From: Alphaproteobacteria bacterium
GTDB lineage: Bacteria > Pseudomonadota > Alphaproteobacteria > SP197
Direction of reading: 5' to 3'
Length of the DNA: 64,000 bases
NCBI GenBank assembly: GCA_964291265.2
Contig: OZ219747.1
Coordinates: 2,016,001-2,080,000, forward strand
Part shown: positions 28,948-39,085 of the stretch, in pieces
Numbering within the stretch: position 1 is the stretch's first letter
Layout of the letters: each line of letters starts with the position of its first letter
Position numbers and translations under genes: made by a program
The notes under the pieces: generated by a model
What the model saw: the letters and a program-made list of their open reading frames with translations, nothing else
Told to the model about the DNA's origin: nothing
Database searches by the model: none

Positions 28948-31900
28948 TCATGGCGCGGGCGGTCCGGAAAGGGAAAGGCCGGCGAGGGTTCGGCTGACCC
29001 ACAGGCGGGTGAGCTTTTCCTGAACACCGTTCTGCAGCAGGCGTTCGCTCAGGGCGGAGAAGTCGACGCAGTCCATCGGCTGGTCCTGATTGAAGCACGA
29101 GAACACGGGCGGGCGCCGCTCGCCGGTCCGCGGGTCGACGTGCGGTTGCAGGCACTGTGCACAGACCTCCTTCATCATGCACTGCATGGGGCTGTTGATG
29201 GAGGCGATGGCGACATGATCGCGCTTGAGCCAAGGTTCGAGGACGCCCGAGCGCGCCGCCTTGACGGCGGACATCATGCGGTCCGAGCCGATGGAGATGA
29301 TGCGGTCGACGTCGCCGAGGTCGACGGGCCGTTCGCCGAGCCGCCCTTCCTGGTAGGCGACGAGGGCCTCGACGACATTGCCGACGAAGCTGCGGTCCTG
29401 CGGCCGTGTCGGGCCGTACCCGGGCGCCTCCTCGCAGGACCAGATCACGGCATCCGCCGCCGCCTCGATCTCGTCGGTCTTGTAGCGGTCGATGACCTTG
29501 CGGTAGCCGGCGCAATAGAGCACCCGCGCGCCGGCCCGGCGCATCGCCTGGCCTATGGAAAAGAGAACCGCGTTGCCGAGTCCGCCGCCCACCAGGAGAA
29601 CGGTCCCGGCTGCGGGAATCTCCGTCGGACTGCCGGTGGGCCCCATCAGGATGACCGGCTCTCCGGGTTCGAGATACCCCATCAGGTCCGAAGAGCCGCC
29701 CATCTCGAGACCGATGATGCTGATCCCGGTGCCATGCGCCCGGATGCCTGCGCCCGTCATGGCCAGCGGTTCCATGGCCAGCAACGTGCCGTCCTGCCCC
29801 CGCCGGGCACAGGCCTCGAAGTTCTGCAGGCGGTAGAACTGGCCCGGGCGGAAGGCCCTCGCCGCTTCCGGCGCTTCGACCTCGACCTCGATGATGGTGG
29901 GCGTCAGCCGCGTGACCCTCGTGACGCGGGCGATGAGGCGGGAATCGAGATCCCGGAAGAAGGTCTCGCTGTCCTGGCGCGGGAGACGGTCGAGCCGGCC
30001 CAGCACGTCCGAGATCACTGGCCATGCACGCTTGGCGCCACCGAGCGCCTTGACGATGTTCCCGGCAAAGCTCGGGTGGAGGTCGCCGTGGAAGCTCACT
30101 CCCCGGCCTTCCCCGTCGAGGTGCATCAGGACATGGGTCTGGTCCGGCTTGACGCTCGCCTCCGGCGTGACGGGCCTGCCCGTGCGGTCGAGTGCCCGGA
30201 AGAAGCGGCCGTCCGTTGACACGGCGTCCGACTCCCGCGCCAGGACGGTGTTCGGGCGGGTCCCGGCGGCCACCAGGAGGGCGCGGGCCTCGAGTGCGTA
30301 TTCGCTGCCGCCGCTGTCCGAGAAGCGGACCCTGCTGACGTGACGATGCCGGTCGACCTCGACCGCAACCGGAACCAGTCCCGGTGCCAGGCGGATTCCC
30401 TCCTGGAGGGCGAGTGTCACCTCCTCGTGGTTGAGACGGTAGCTCGGCGCCTCGGTCAGGTCGCGACGGTAGGCGATGGTCACCCCGCCCCATGAATCGA
30501 GAAGGCCCAGAAGATCCGGCTCGCGACCGTCCCTGGCTGCCTCCTCGCGCTCCCGGGCAAGCGCCCTCGCATGATCCATGAAGGTGTCGGCGACCAGGGC
30601 CTCCTCCTCGCTCCACGATGCCCGCACACGGTCCTCACCGAGTTCGGACGCGAGGGTCAGGTAGCGCTCGAGGAACCGCTCGACCTGGCGCGGATAGTAG
30701 GCAAGGGCCTCGGTCGCCGTGTCGATGGCCGTCAGCCCGCCGCCGATGATGACGGCAGGAAGGCGAAGCTGGAGATTGGCGATCGACACCTTTCTTGCGG
30801 CGCCGGTCAGCTGCAGCGCCATGAGGAAGTCGGACGCCATGCGCACACCCCTTGCGAGGGCGTTGGGCATGTCGATGAGTTGCGGGCGTCCGGCCCCGGC
30901 GCAGTGAGCGATGTGATCAAAGCCCATGGCGAATGCGCTGTCGATGGTCACCGTGCCGCCGAAACGCACACCGCCGTACATCCGGAACGACGAACGGCGT
31001 TCCAGTTGCAGGCGTATCAGCTTGAGGAAATTCTTGTCCCAGCGCACCGTGATGCCGTACTCGGCCACGCCGCCGAATCCCGCCATCACCCTGTCGTCGA
31101 GGGATTCGTGGAGTTCGGCGATGTCGCGGACGGGCCGGAATGCCTTCCGGTTGCCGAAGATGTCGATGCCGGAGACATGCGGGTCGAGCGGTTCGATCTT
31201 GAGCCCGTCGATGGCCACGACCGTGTGGCCGTCGTTCTGAAGGTGATGGGCAAGGCTGAAGCCGGCGGGACCGGTGCCCACGATCAGCACGCGGCGCCCG
31301 GACGGCGGTCGCGGCACGGGGCGGGCGAGGTTGAGGGGGTTCCACCGGGACAGCAGGCTGTAGATCTCGAATCCCCAGGGCAGGGCCAGGACGTCCTTGA
31401 GCGTGCGGGTCTCGACCTGCGGAATGTCGACAGGTTCCTGTTTCTGGTAGATGCAGGCCTTCATGCAGTCGTTGCAGATGCGATGACCCGTGGCGGCGGC
31501 GAGCGGGTTGTCGACCATGACGACCGCGAGGGCGGCAAGGCCGTGTCCGCGGGCCTTCAGCAGGTTCATCTCGCTGATCTTCTCGTCGAGAGGACATCCG
31601 GCCAGGGGAATGCGGTGGGTCGAGGTGCGGAAGGACGTGCCCTGCTTCTCCAGAAGACCCCTGGAGCAACTGTCCTTGCCCTGGTTGTGACAGAAGATGC
31701 AGTAATGGGCCTGCGCCATCGCCTGGGTGAGATCCATGCCCTGGTCGGTCAGCGTGAAGCCTTCCCTGGTACGCAGGTCTTCCGGCGGGGCGGCCAGCAT
31801 GGTGACGCCGTCCTTCACCTCGGTGACCACCGGCACCAGGCTGTCGGGGTCCGTCCGCCGGGGCAGGCGGAAGAGCGCGCTCCGGCGATGGCGCAACATT

Positions 31901-32427
31901 CCGGCACGCGAGCGTGTGGCCCATGCCGCGAATCGCTCCGCACAGGCGATCTCCTCCCCGTGGCGCGATTCGTCCTCGAGCCAGTCGAGAACGGCCCTCG
32001 AGAAGGAGAGCTCGTCGAAATCCCCGCCGACCAGCGCCTCGACGTCACGTGTGAGGGCTTCACCATCGAGGGAATCGATGTCTTCTTCGAACCGGACGCG
32101 TGCCGCGCGCCGACGCACGAAGACAAGCTTGCACCGGTAGACCGGGTCGAGATGGCGAATCGTCGCGCGTTGACGATCGAGGTCGCCGGCCACCCGGAAG
32201 AGATCGCCGATGAAGTCCTCCACGAAGGGGCCAAGGTCGACGAGGAGGTCGGAGTGTTCCTTCTCCGAGAGGTCTCCGGGTGCCGTCCGGGCGCCCATCA
32301 GCCTGTTGAAGAGAGGCGCATCGTGGCGCCGCAGTGCCTCGCAGAAGGCGTGGTCGAGACGCACGAGCCCTTCGCGGTCGTAGAGGTCGCGAAAGACAAG
32401 CCCATGGGAGAGGGAAAGTTCGTTCAT
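28948..32427 (-). CDS. Large Fe-S flavoprotein: GltD/NfnB-like domain fused to PyrK/NfnA-like domain
   Basis: CIFCH..C, GCPLDEKISEM, RICNDCMKAC, GTGPAG, GGGLTAID; C-terminal FRPGQF, GPTG, GGGLG, MQCMMKEVCAQC. Confidence 0.85.
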   Translation of the reverse strand: MNELSLSHGLVFRDLYDREGLVRLDHAFCEALRRHDAPLFNRLMGARTAPGDLSEKEHSDLLVDLGPFVEDFIGDLFRVAGDLDRQRATIRHLDPVYRCKLVFVRRRAARVRFEEDIDSLDGEALTRDVEALVGGDFDELSFSRAVLDWLEDESRHGEEIACAERFAAWATRSRAGMLRHRRSALFRLPRRTDPDSLVPVVTEVKDGVTMLAAPPEDLRTREGFTLTDQGMDLTQAMAQAHYCIFCHNQGKDSCSRGLLEKQGTSFRTSTHRIPLAGCPLDEKISEMNLLKARGHGLAALAVVMVDNPLAAATGHRICNDCMKACIYQKQEPVDIPQVETRTLKDVLALPWGFEIYSLLSRWNPLNLARPVPRPPSGRRVLIVGTGPAGFSLAHHLQNDGHTVVAIDGLKIEPLDPHVSGIDIFGNRKAFRPVRDIAELHESLDDRVMAGFGGVAEYGITVRWDKNFLKLIRLQLERRSSFRMYGGVRFGGTVTIDSAFAMGFDHIAHCAGAGRPQLIDMPNALARGVRMASDFLMALQLTGAARKVSIANLQLRLPAVIIGGGLTAIDTATEALAYYPRQVERFLERYLTLASELGEDRVRASWSEEEALVADTFMDHARALAREREEAARDGREPDLLGLLDSWGGVTIAYRRDLTEAPSYRLNHEEVTLALQEGIRLAPGLVPVAVEVDRHRHVSRVRFSDSGGSEYALEARALLVAAGTRPNTVLARESDAVSTDGRFFRALDRTGRPVTPEASVKPDQTHVLMHLDGEGRGVSFHGDLHPSFAGNIVKALGGAKRAWPVISDVLGRLDRLPRQDSETFFRDLDSRLIARVTRVTRLTPTIIEVEVEAPEAARAFRPGQFYRLQNFEACARRGQDGTLLAMEPLAMTGAGIRAHGTGISIIGLEMGGSSDLMGYLEPGEPVILMGPTGSPTEIPAAGTVLLVGGGLGNAVLFSIGQAMRRAGARVLYCAGYRKVIDRYKTDEIEAAADAVIWSCEEAPGYGPTRPQDRSFVGNVVEALVAYQEGRLGERPVDLGDVDRIISIGSDRMMSAVKAARSGVLEPWLKRDHVAIASINSPMQCMMKEVCAQCLQPHVDPRTGERRPPVFSCFNQDQPMDCVDFSALSERLLQNGVQEKLTRLWVSRTLAGLSLSGPPAP

Positions 32428-32766
32428 CGAGGTCCGGCCGGTCGCAACACTGTCACGATACAGAGAAACACGCGGACCATGAAAAGGGAATCACGAGGAT
32501 GAGGTCGACGACGCGTTCACCGCTGCTGCCGCGTGAGCGATCTCGCGATTCACGGGGCCGTGTGCTCCGCCGCCTCTTCGAGGGGTGCGCCGGGAAAGGC
32601 CGGCCGGAGGCAGCCCGTCAGGGTGGAGTCAGATGGTCACGCAAGCGGTTTCGCGCCCGTGTCGGCTTCTCCCTGCAGGCGCCGGTGAACGGGGGAGCGC
32701 CGGAGAGTTGCGGCGGGGGAATCCGGTTGCTACCATGGCAAGGCATGTTGCACGACGGAGTTGACC

Positions 32767-35121
32767 ATGGCGCTGATGGAGGCCGAAACGGGCGAGCGTC
32801 CGCGTATCCTGCTGCCCGGCATCAGGAGACTGCCTCCCGGCGTCGAGCGCTACGTGGTGCCGGCCGCCGGCTCCGTGGTGGTCACGGTCCTTGCCGGTGA
32901 CACCCTGAAGATTGTCAACACCGAAGGCGGCCAGACCTGCGAAATCGTCGCCTTCGACAACGCGGCGCGACAGGTTTCCGGCATTCTCGGCCGCCCCGAT
33001 TCCGGTCCGGCCTCCGGCCTCGCAGCCATGCTGACCGGGAGCAGCGAGGCGGCCCGGTCACTGCTCGACACATTCGCGCACAGGGGCTGGGCGTCACGCC
33101 TTGATCACGCCGTGCGCCTCTTCGGTTCCGGGACGCCCGCCGGGGTGGATGAGGTGGTGACCGTGGAAGAGGACGGTTTCGTCATCGTCGCCGCCCCCGG
33201 TGAGCCCATGGTGGTTCCGGCGCAGTGGCCGCCGACGCCTCTCGAACTCTTCGTCCACCGCACGGACGCCGCCGTGGCGGCGGAGCGGAGCCTGCCCGAT
33301 CCCCTTGCCGAGCCGCGCGAGGAGTTCCGCATCGCGGCCGGTACCGCTCACGCCTACGAGGTGCGAGAGGGCGACTACATCCAGGTTCTCGATATCGAGG
33401 GGCGCCAGTGTTCCGATTTCCAGGCCCTGTCGCTTGCAGCGCTCGACCGGGGACTGGAACGCGACATCGATCCCACGGCCACCCGTGTTCTCAATGGCGC
33501 CGCCTATCCTGCCCCGGGCCTCTTCTCCAAGCTCTTCGATGCCGACCTCCAGCCCTCGATCGAGATCATCCAGGACACGGTAGGCCGCCACGACAGCTTC
33601 AATTTCGCCTGCACGGCGAAGTACTATGACGATGTCGGCTATCCCGGCCACGTGAACTGCACCGACAACATCAACGCCTCGCTCGAGCCTTACGGCGTGC
33701 GCCCGCGCAAGGGCTGGCAGGCGATGAATTTCTTCTACAACTCGCTGCTCGACGACAACAATCAGCTCCATCTCGACGAGCCGTGGTCACGCCCCGGCGA
33801 CTACGTGCTGTGCCGCGCGCTTCAGGACGCCGTGTGCGTGAACACGTCGTGTCCCGATGCCATCGACCCCGCCAACGGGTGGAATCCCACGGATATGCTC
33901 ATCCGTGTCTATTCCGGGGACAAACTCTTCAGGAAGGCGATCGCCAACAGACCCATGCCCGATTCCGACCCCCAGATGACCCGCGAGACAGGGTTTCATG
34001 GACGCACGGCAGAGCGGACTCGCAACTACACCGAGTACAACGGCTTCTGGCTGCCCACCCACTACACCAACCATGGCGCCATCGAGGAGTACTGGGCCTG
34101 CCGGGAGCGCGTCACCGCGATGGATCTTTCTCCCCTGCGCAAGTTCGAGATCACCGGTCCCGATGCCGGTGAACTCATGCAGAGGACCTTGACCCGCGAT
34201 GTCAGGCGCATGGCCGATCACCATGTCGTCTATTCGGCCATGTGCTACGAACACGGCGGCATGATTGACGACGGTACGCTGTTCCGCCTGTCGGAGACCG
34301 GCTACCGCTGGGTCGGCGGCACGGACTTCGGCGGTGAATGGCTGCGTGCCAGGGCGAAGGAGTGGGGATTGCGGGCGCTGGTGCGCAGCTCCACCGATCA
34401 GTTGCACAATCTCGCCATCCAGGGGCCGCGCAGCCGCGACCTTCTGAGCGGCATCGTCTGGACGGCGCCGGCCAATCCGCGTGTCGACGAGATCACCTGG
34501 TTCAGGTTCACCGTCGGTCGCATCGGTGACCACAACGGCGTGCCTGTGGTCGTGTCACGGACGGGATACACGGGCGAACTGGGTTACGAGATGTGGTGCC
34601 ATCCCCGGCACGCCGAGCAGGTCTGGGATGCCGTGTTCGAGGCCGGTGAGCCCCACGGTCTCCTGCCCCTGGGTCTCGAAGGCCTCGATCTCCTGCGCAT
34701 CGAGGCGGGACTGGTGTTCGCCGGCCAGGAATTCGATGACCAGACGGATCCCTTCGAGGCCGGAATCGGCTTCACGGTGGGGCTGAAGACGACCCGGGAG
34801 GATTTCGTCGGCCGCCAGGCCCTCGAACGCCGCCAGGCCCACCCCCAGCGCAGGCTTGTCGGGCTGGAACTCGAGGGCAACGAGGCAGCGGCCCATGGTG
34901 ACTGCGTGCGTGTCGGACGGGCCCAGGTGGGCGTTGTCACGAGCGGCATGCGATCGCCGTTGCTCGATCGCAACATCGCGCTGGCCCGCATGGATGTGAA
35001 CCATGCGTCGATCGGTGACGAGGTCGAAGTCGGCAAGATGGACGGACACCAGAAGCGCATTCCGGCTGTCGTGGTGCCCTTCCCCTTCCATGATCCGAAG
35101 AAGGAACGCCCGCGGTCCTGA
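32767..35121 (+). CDS. tdm: Trimethylamine N-oxide demethylase (DUF1989 + GcvT-like aminomethyltransferase)
   Basis: EGRQCSDFQ, DTVGRHD..AC..YY..GYPGHVNCTDN, SRPGDYVL, CP; GcvT region DLSPLRKFE, IDDGT, SRTGYTGELGYE, LRIEAGL. Confidence 0.8.
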   Translation: MALMEAETGERPRILLPGIRRLPPGVERYVVPAAGSVVVTVLAGDTLKIVNTEGGQTCEIVAFDNAARQVSGILGRPDSGPASGLAAMLTGSSEAARSLLDTFAHRGWASRLDHAVRLFGSGTPAGVDEVVTVEEDGFVIVAAPGEPMVVPAQWPPTPLELFVHRTDAAVAAERSLPDPLAEPREEFRIAAGTAHAYEVREGDYIQVLDIEGRQCSDFQALSLAALDRGLERDIDPTATRVLNGAAYPAPGLFSKLFDADLQPSIEIIQDTVGRHDSFNFACTAKYYDDVGYPGHVNCTDNINASLEPYGVRPRKGWQAMNFFYNSLLDDNNQLHLDEPWSRPGDYVLCRALQDAVCVNTSCPDAIDPANGWNPTDMLIRVYSGDKLFRKAIANRPMPDSDPQMTRETGFHGRTAERTRNYTEYNGFWLPTHYTNHGAIEEYWACRERVTAMDLSPLRKFEITGPDAGELMQRTLTRDVRRMADHHVVYSAMCYEHGGMIDDGTLFRLSETGYRWVGGTDFGGEWLRARAKEWGLRALVRSSTDQLHNLAIQGPRSRDLLSGIVWTAPANPRVDEITWFRFTVGRIGDHNGVPVVVSRTGYTGELGYEMWCHPRHAEQVWDAVFEAGEPHGLLPLGLEGLDLLRIEAGLVFAGQEFDDQTDPFEAGIGFTVGLKTTREDFVGRQALERRQAHPQRRLVGLELEGNEAAAHGDCVRVGRAQVGVVTSGMRSPLLDRNIALARMDVNHASIGDEVEVGKMDGHQKRIPAVVVPFPFHDPKKERPRS

Positions 35122-35997
35122 TCACGGCATCACGGCCCCGTCGACGAGTCCCTGGAGCCGCTCGAGGATCACCGTTTCGCTGACGTCCCTGCGGCCGAGT
35201 TCCTGCCAGCCGGCGGCATGGTCTGCGGCGTGGGGCGCCATGACGACGGCGGCATGGATGTCCCACAGCCGGAGGCGATGCGGGTCGAGACCCATCGCGT
35301 TGGCGTAGTGCGCCGTGAAGGCGCGGCAGGCCCTCGCGCCGTGGGTCCACACGAGGTTCGAGCGGGCGATCGCGAGATCGGCAAGGGGATCGCCGATCAT
35401 GGCGTCCTCCCAGTCGATCACCGCCGCAAGTCCGCCATGGCGCCACAACACGTTGCCGGTCCAGAAGTCGCCGTGGAGCAGCCGGCTCGCGCCCGGTGCG
35501 TCGGGTGGCCAGTCGAGGTCCGCCGGCAGATCGAGAAGGGTGGACTCCGGAGCATCCGGCATGGTCTGGCGTGGCACGAAGTCGAGTCCGTCGCCGGGCG
35601 CCAGGGTGTGCAGGTCGGCGAAGAAACCGGCCATCGCCAGCGCGTGCCCCTCGGGCGGATGCCAGGCCGGTTCACCCTCGAGGTAGTCGAGAAGCAGCCA
35701 TGACGCCGTCAAGGATGATTCGTGAACCAGCGCCCGTGGCACCGGAAAGCCGAGGGCCGCCAGATGCCCGAGCAGGCGGAACTCCGTGTCGGCGGCATCG
35801 GGATTGGCGCGCAGATTCGCCCCGGCGCACCGGCGCAGCACGAGGCGTGCCGGACGTCCGTCCGCACGGACGATCCGAAGCAGTGACATGGTGGTGGAAC
35901 TGCCGCCCTCGAGAGGGCGGCAATCACGCAGCTTCGCTCCGCAATCGTAGCGGCGCAGGACATCGTCGAGGCAAGGCGCCCCCTGTGTCGACGACAT
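35122..35997 (-). CDS. APH-family phosphotransferase
   Basis: LEGGSS, FPVPR, LLHGDFWTGN, VIDWEDAMIGDPLADLA. Confidence 0.88.
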   Translation of the reverse strand: MSSTQGAPCLDDVLRRYDCGAKLRDCRPLEGGSSTTMSLLRIVRADGRPARLVLRRCAGANLRANPDAADTEFRLLGHLAALGFPVPRALVHESSLTASWLLLDYLEGEPAWHPPEGHALAMAGFFADLHTLAPGDGLDFVPRQTMPDAPESTLLDLPADLDWPPDAPGASRLLHGDFWTGNVLWRHGGLAAVIDWEDAMIGDPLADLAIARSNLVWTHGARACRAFTAHYANAMGLDPHRLRLWDIHAAVVMAPHAADHAAGWQELGRRDVSETVILERLQGLVDGAVMP

Positions 35998-36008
35998 GCG
36001 TTGAAGGC

Positions 36009-37412
36009 CTACCCGGCAGCGGCGCCGGCCTCCTCGAGCAGGCGGTCCGCCAATGCCTTCTTCTGCTCGGCGGACATCTTCTTCACCTCGTTGTCGATGG
36101 ACCGGTGATTGATGGACGTATTCCAGTAATCGAGGGAATCGAAGCCGAGAAGCGCGTGCTTGCCGACAAACTGGCGGAGAACCTCGTTGGTCGGACCCAT
36201 GACCCAGCCGGCCTTGGCGTCGCGCAGGAGGCGTTCCATGCCGAGGCCTGCCTTGTATGCGGTGCCGCCGCAGGCGTGGAGCATCTTGTCCGAGACCTCG
36301 TGCACGTTCTTGGCTGCCTGGAACTTGACCTGCCAGAGCTGGTTGAGCAGGTCGGAGCGGGGCACGGTCTGCGGATTCCGGTGAATCGACCAGTCGCAGT
36401 TCCCGGTGCATTCATCGAGGGCCTTGGCAAGGCCGAACGTCATCATCCGGCTGGCGTTGGTGCCGATGATCGCTTCCCCGACATAGTCCTGGATGGTGGG
36501 GTAGTCGCACACCCGCAGGCCAACGTCGACATGCCGCTTGCGGGTCGTGTGCCTCCTGGCGATGTCGATCATGCCCATGGCGATGCCGTTCCAGGAGCAC
36601 GAGGAGTTGAGAAGGAAGAACGGGTCCACGGTCTCGTCATTGGAGACCGCGCCGTCGCCCCTGGGGCCCACAAGGCGGTTCTTCGGGATGGTGACCCCGT
36701 CCACCAGGAGCGCCCCCGACTGGTTGCCGCGCATGCCCATGCCGTCCCAGCCGGCGACATCGGCCTCGACCTCGTCGGCCAGGATCAACCACACGGAGAG
36801 ATCCGAGTAATCGCCGCCGAAGTCAGGCGACGTGGTCTGCACGATGTACCAGTCGGCAAAACCGCCCGACGTCGTCCACGAAGCCTTCTTGGTGACCTTC
36901 CATCCGTCCTCGGTCGCCTCGGCGCCCGACGAGACCGGATACCAGAAATGCGAGCCCGTTTCGGGATCGGAATAGGACAGGGTTCCGACCAGCACGTCAC
37001 GGTCGAGGCGCGACAGGATGTTCCTGAGGGCGTCGTTGTCGTGGTAGCGGAAGAGGGCGGCCGAACAGGCGCCATAGTGCATGGTGAGGCACATGGCCGT
37101 CGACGGACAACCGTAACGGGCCACGGTTTCCACGACCATGCACATGGCGACGTGATTCTCGCCCACGCCGCCGAGCTCCTCGGGAACAAAGAGGCCGAGA
37201 AGGCCCCTGGATGCGAGGGCCTCGAAATTCTTGCGCGGGAAGATGAAGCCGCGATCCGATTCGACGGCGTTCACCCTGAGTGTGGTCCGGCACAGCTCGA
37301 TGAGTTCCTTCTGGATCTCCCGCTGCCGCTCGGTCAGGAAGAACTGCGGGTCGTACTCGTAGCCGACTCCCCAGAAGTCCTCGTCACCCCACTTCTTGAC
37401 GTCATCACTCAT
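36009..37412 (-). CDS. Acyl-CoA/acyl-ACP dehydrogenase family protein
   Basis: FPRKNFEAL..GLLG..VP.ELGG, SYSDPETGSH, K.SWTTSG, WDGMGMRGNQS, ERLLRDA. Confidence 0.9.
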   Translation of the reverse strand: MSDDVKKWGDEDFWGVGYEYDPQFFLTERQREIQKELIELCRTTLRVNAVESDRGFIFPRKNFEALASRGLLGLFVPEELGGVGENHVAMCMVVETVARYGCPSTAMCLTMHYGACSAALFRYHDNDALRNILSRLDRDVLVGTLSYSDPETGSHFWYPVSSGAEATEDGWKVTKKASWTTSGGFADWYIVQTTSPDFGGDYSDLSVWLILADEVEADVAGWDGMGMRGNQSGALLVDGVTIPKNRLVGPRGDGAVSNDETVDPFFLLNSSCSWNGIAMGMIDIARRHTTRKRHVDVGLRVCDYPTIQDYVGEAIIGTNASRMMTFGLAKALDECTGNCDWSIHRNPQTVPRSDLLNQLWQVKFQAAKNVHEVSDKMLHACGGTAYKAGLGMERLLRDAKAGWVMGPTNEVLRQFVGKHALLGFDSLDYWNTSINHRSIDNEVKKMSAEQKKALADRLLEEAGAAAG

Positions 37413-37553
37413 CACCTGCTCCCTCGATACGTGTGGACTGGTTCACTGGTTCCGCCGGCCTGACTGGCGAATCCCTAGCATCCGGCACGACATTCGACAA
37501 CGGGGTCAAGCCCGGGTCCCGGGACCAACGGACAGGCCGCCTGGCTGACCGTC

Positions 37554-38210
37554 CTAGTGCGGGATGCGGGCCATGGCCATCGCCATGGTGCGTTCGATTT
37601 CCTCGATGGTGTCGGACACCTCCCGGCCGATGAGATCGAGCTTGCGGACCTGGTCGATACGCGGTCGCAGCGAATCCATGCCGTGGCCCGAGAAGATGCT
37701 GCGCAGGATACCGCAGGAATCGGCGAGCGAGATGATGGCGACATCCCGGGGGTCGGGCACCTGGTCGGACAGCAGGACATCGGCAATGCGGTGCTTCACC
37801 TCGCGCTCGACGGTGCCGTCGATGGTCGGATAGCGGCGTGCCCGGAAGACCCACAGGAACTTCCTGTCCCGGGTCTCGAGAATGCCCTGGTCCACCAGCC
37901 GGGCGAGGGCGGCTTCACGCAGGTTCTCGGCTTCTTCACGGGCCAGTGTCTCGACCCAGTCGCGCGTGGTCCTGTCTTCGGGGGATCCGGCAATGCGCTC
38001 CAGGACACGGTCGAGCATCGGGATGCCGGGCGGCGTCCTGTCGATGAGCATCAGGCGCTCGGGATCGGTGTCGATGCGGTAGATGAAGGCGAGATCAAGC
38101 AGTGCGGCGCCGGCCAGCACGTAATCCATCGTGTTGTCACGGATGGGAAGGAACGAGCCGTCCTCGTCATCCAGTGTCAGGAGAAGGATTTCCTCGATGA
38201 AAGTCAGCAT
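37554..38210 (-). CDS. GPP34/GOLPH3-family protein
   Basis: EEILLLTLDDEDG, LAGAALLDLA..RID, LARLVDQGIL..RKFLWVF..RRYP. Confidence 0.85.
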   Translation of the reverse strand: MLTFIEEILLLTLDDEDGSFLPIRDNTMDYVLAGAALLDLAFIYRIDTDPERLMLIDRTPPGIPMLDRVLERIAGSPEDRTTRDWVETLAREEAENLREAALARLVDQGILETRDRKFLWVFRARRYPTIDGTVEREVKHRIADVLLSDQVPDPRDVAIISLADSCGILRSIFSGHGMDSLRPRIDQVRKLDLIGREVSDTIEEIERTMAMAMARIPH

Positions 38211-38222
38211 CTTACGTGTGGC

Positions 38223-38558
38223 TCAGGCGTTGGCCGCGAGTGCTTGCTCGCGGGAATCGTAGCAGTCGATGATGGTGTGGAATCCGCCCATTTCGATGAC
38301 CGACCTGCAGGATGGCTGCAGGGCCGCAATGGACAGCAGGCCTCCAGCCTGCTTGCATCGCTTGGCTGCCAGGAGAAAGACCCGCAGCCCGGCGCTGGAA
38401 ATGTAGTTCATCTCGTTGCAGTCCAGCAGAATGCGAACGGATCCATCGCGAATCCTCGAGGAGAGATCACTTTCCAGCTCGGGGGCGGATGCGCCATCCA
38501 CGCGACCGTTGATCGAAACGATGGTCACGCCGTTCTGGCTGTCGGAGGAGATGATCAT
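38223..38558 (-). CDS. STAS-domain anti-sigma-factor antagonist
   Basis: INGRVDGASAPEL, LLDCNEMNYISSAGLRVFL. Confidence 0.92.
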   Translation of the reverse strand: MIISSDSQNGVTIVSINGRVDGASAPELESDLSSRIRDGSVRILLDCNEMNYISSAGLRVFLLAAKRCKQAGGLLSIAALQPSCRSVIEMGGFHTIIDCYDSREQALAANA

Positions 38559-38706
38559 GTGTCGTGGTCCCGGATCCCGTCGATCGCCGGTGAAACCTAA
38601 CCCAGTCAGTCCGTATCTTGCAACCTGTCGTTCGCGCTTCGAATCTCTGGATTCCTGGCAGGCGGGAGCGCATGATGGCGCCACCTGAAGCGGACGGGAG
38701 TTGTGC

Positions 38707-39084
38707 ATGTCGAGGATCGGCACGTGGCTTTTCACGACCTTGAAGGGCGAGCCCGTGGGTGAGGACGAGTTCGGCAACCGCTACTACCAGGAACGGGGTG
38801 TGGCTGAAGGCCGGTGGCGGCGGCGCTGGGTGATGTACCGGGGTGCGGCCGAGGCTTCCAGGGTGCCGCCCGGCTGGAATGCCTGGCTGCATCGCACCAT
38901 CGCCGAGCCGCCGAGCCGCGCGCCTCTGGAGACCAGGGCATGGGAAAGGGAACACCGGCCCAATCTCACCGGAACCGGTCAGGCCTGGCTGCCGAAGGGA
39001 CATCTCCTGCGCGGTGGCAGACGGGCGCCGGCACGCGGCGACTACGAGGCATGGCGCCCGGACGAGGAATCAGGAACACCCTGA
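38707..39084 (+). CDS. NADH:ubiquinone oxidoreductase NDUFA12-family subunit
   Basis: VGEDEFGNRYY, RRWVMY..AEASRVPPGW..WLH, PNLTGT, DYEAWRP. Confidence 0.92.
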   Translation: MSRIGTWLFTTLKGEPVGEDEFGNRYYQERGVAEGRWRRRWVMYRGAAEASRVPPGWNAWLHRTIAEPPSRAPLETRAWEREHRPNLTGTGQAWLPKGHLLRGGRRAPARGDYEAWRPDEESGTP

Positions 39085-39085
39085 G

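Noticed and set aside
28780-32502. Long antisense or alternative-frame ORFs (also 5581-7641, 42565-44865, 50667-52451, 23970-25613)
   Set aside because: Shadow ORFs of real genes caused by high-GC codon bias; no recognisable motifs.
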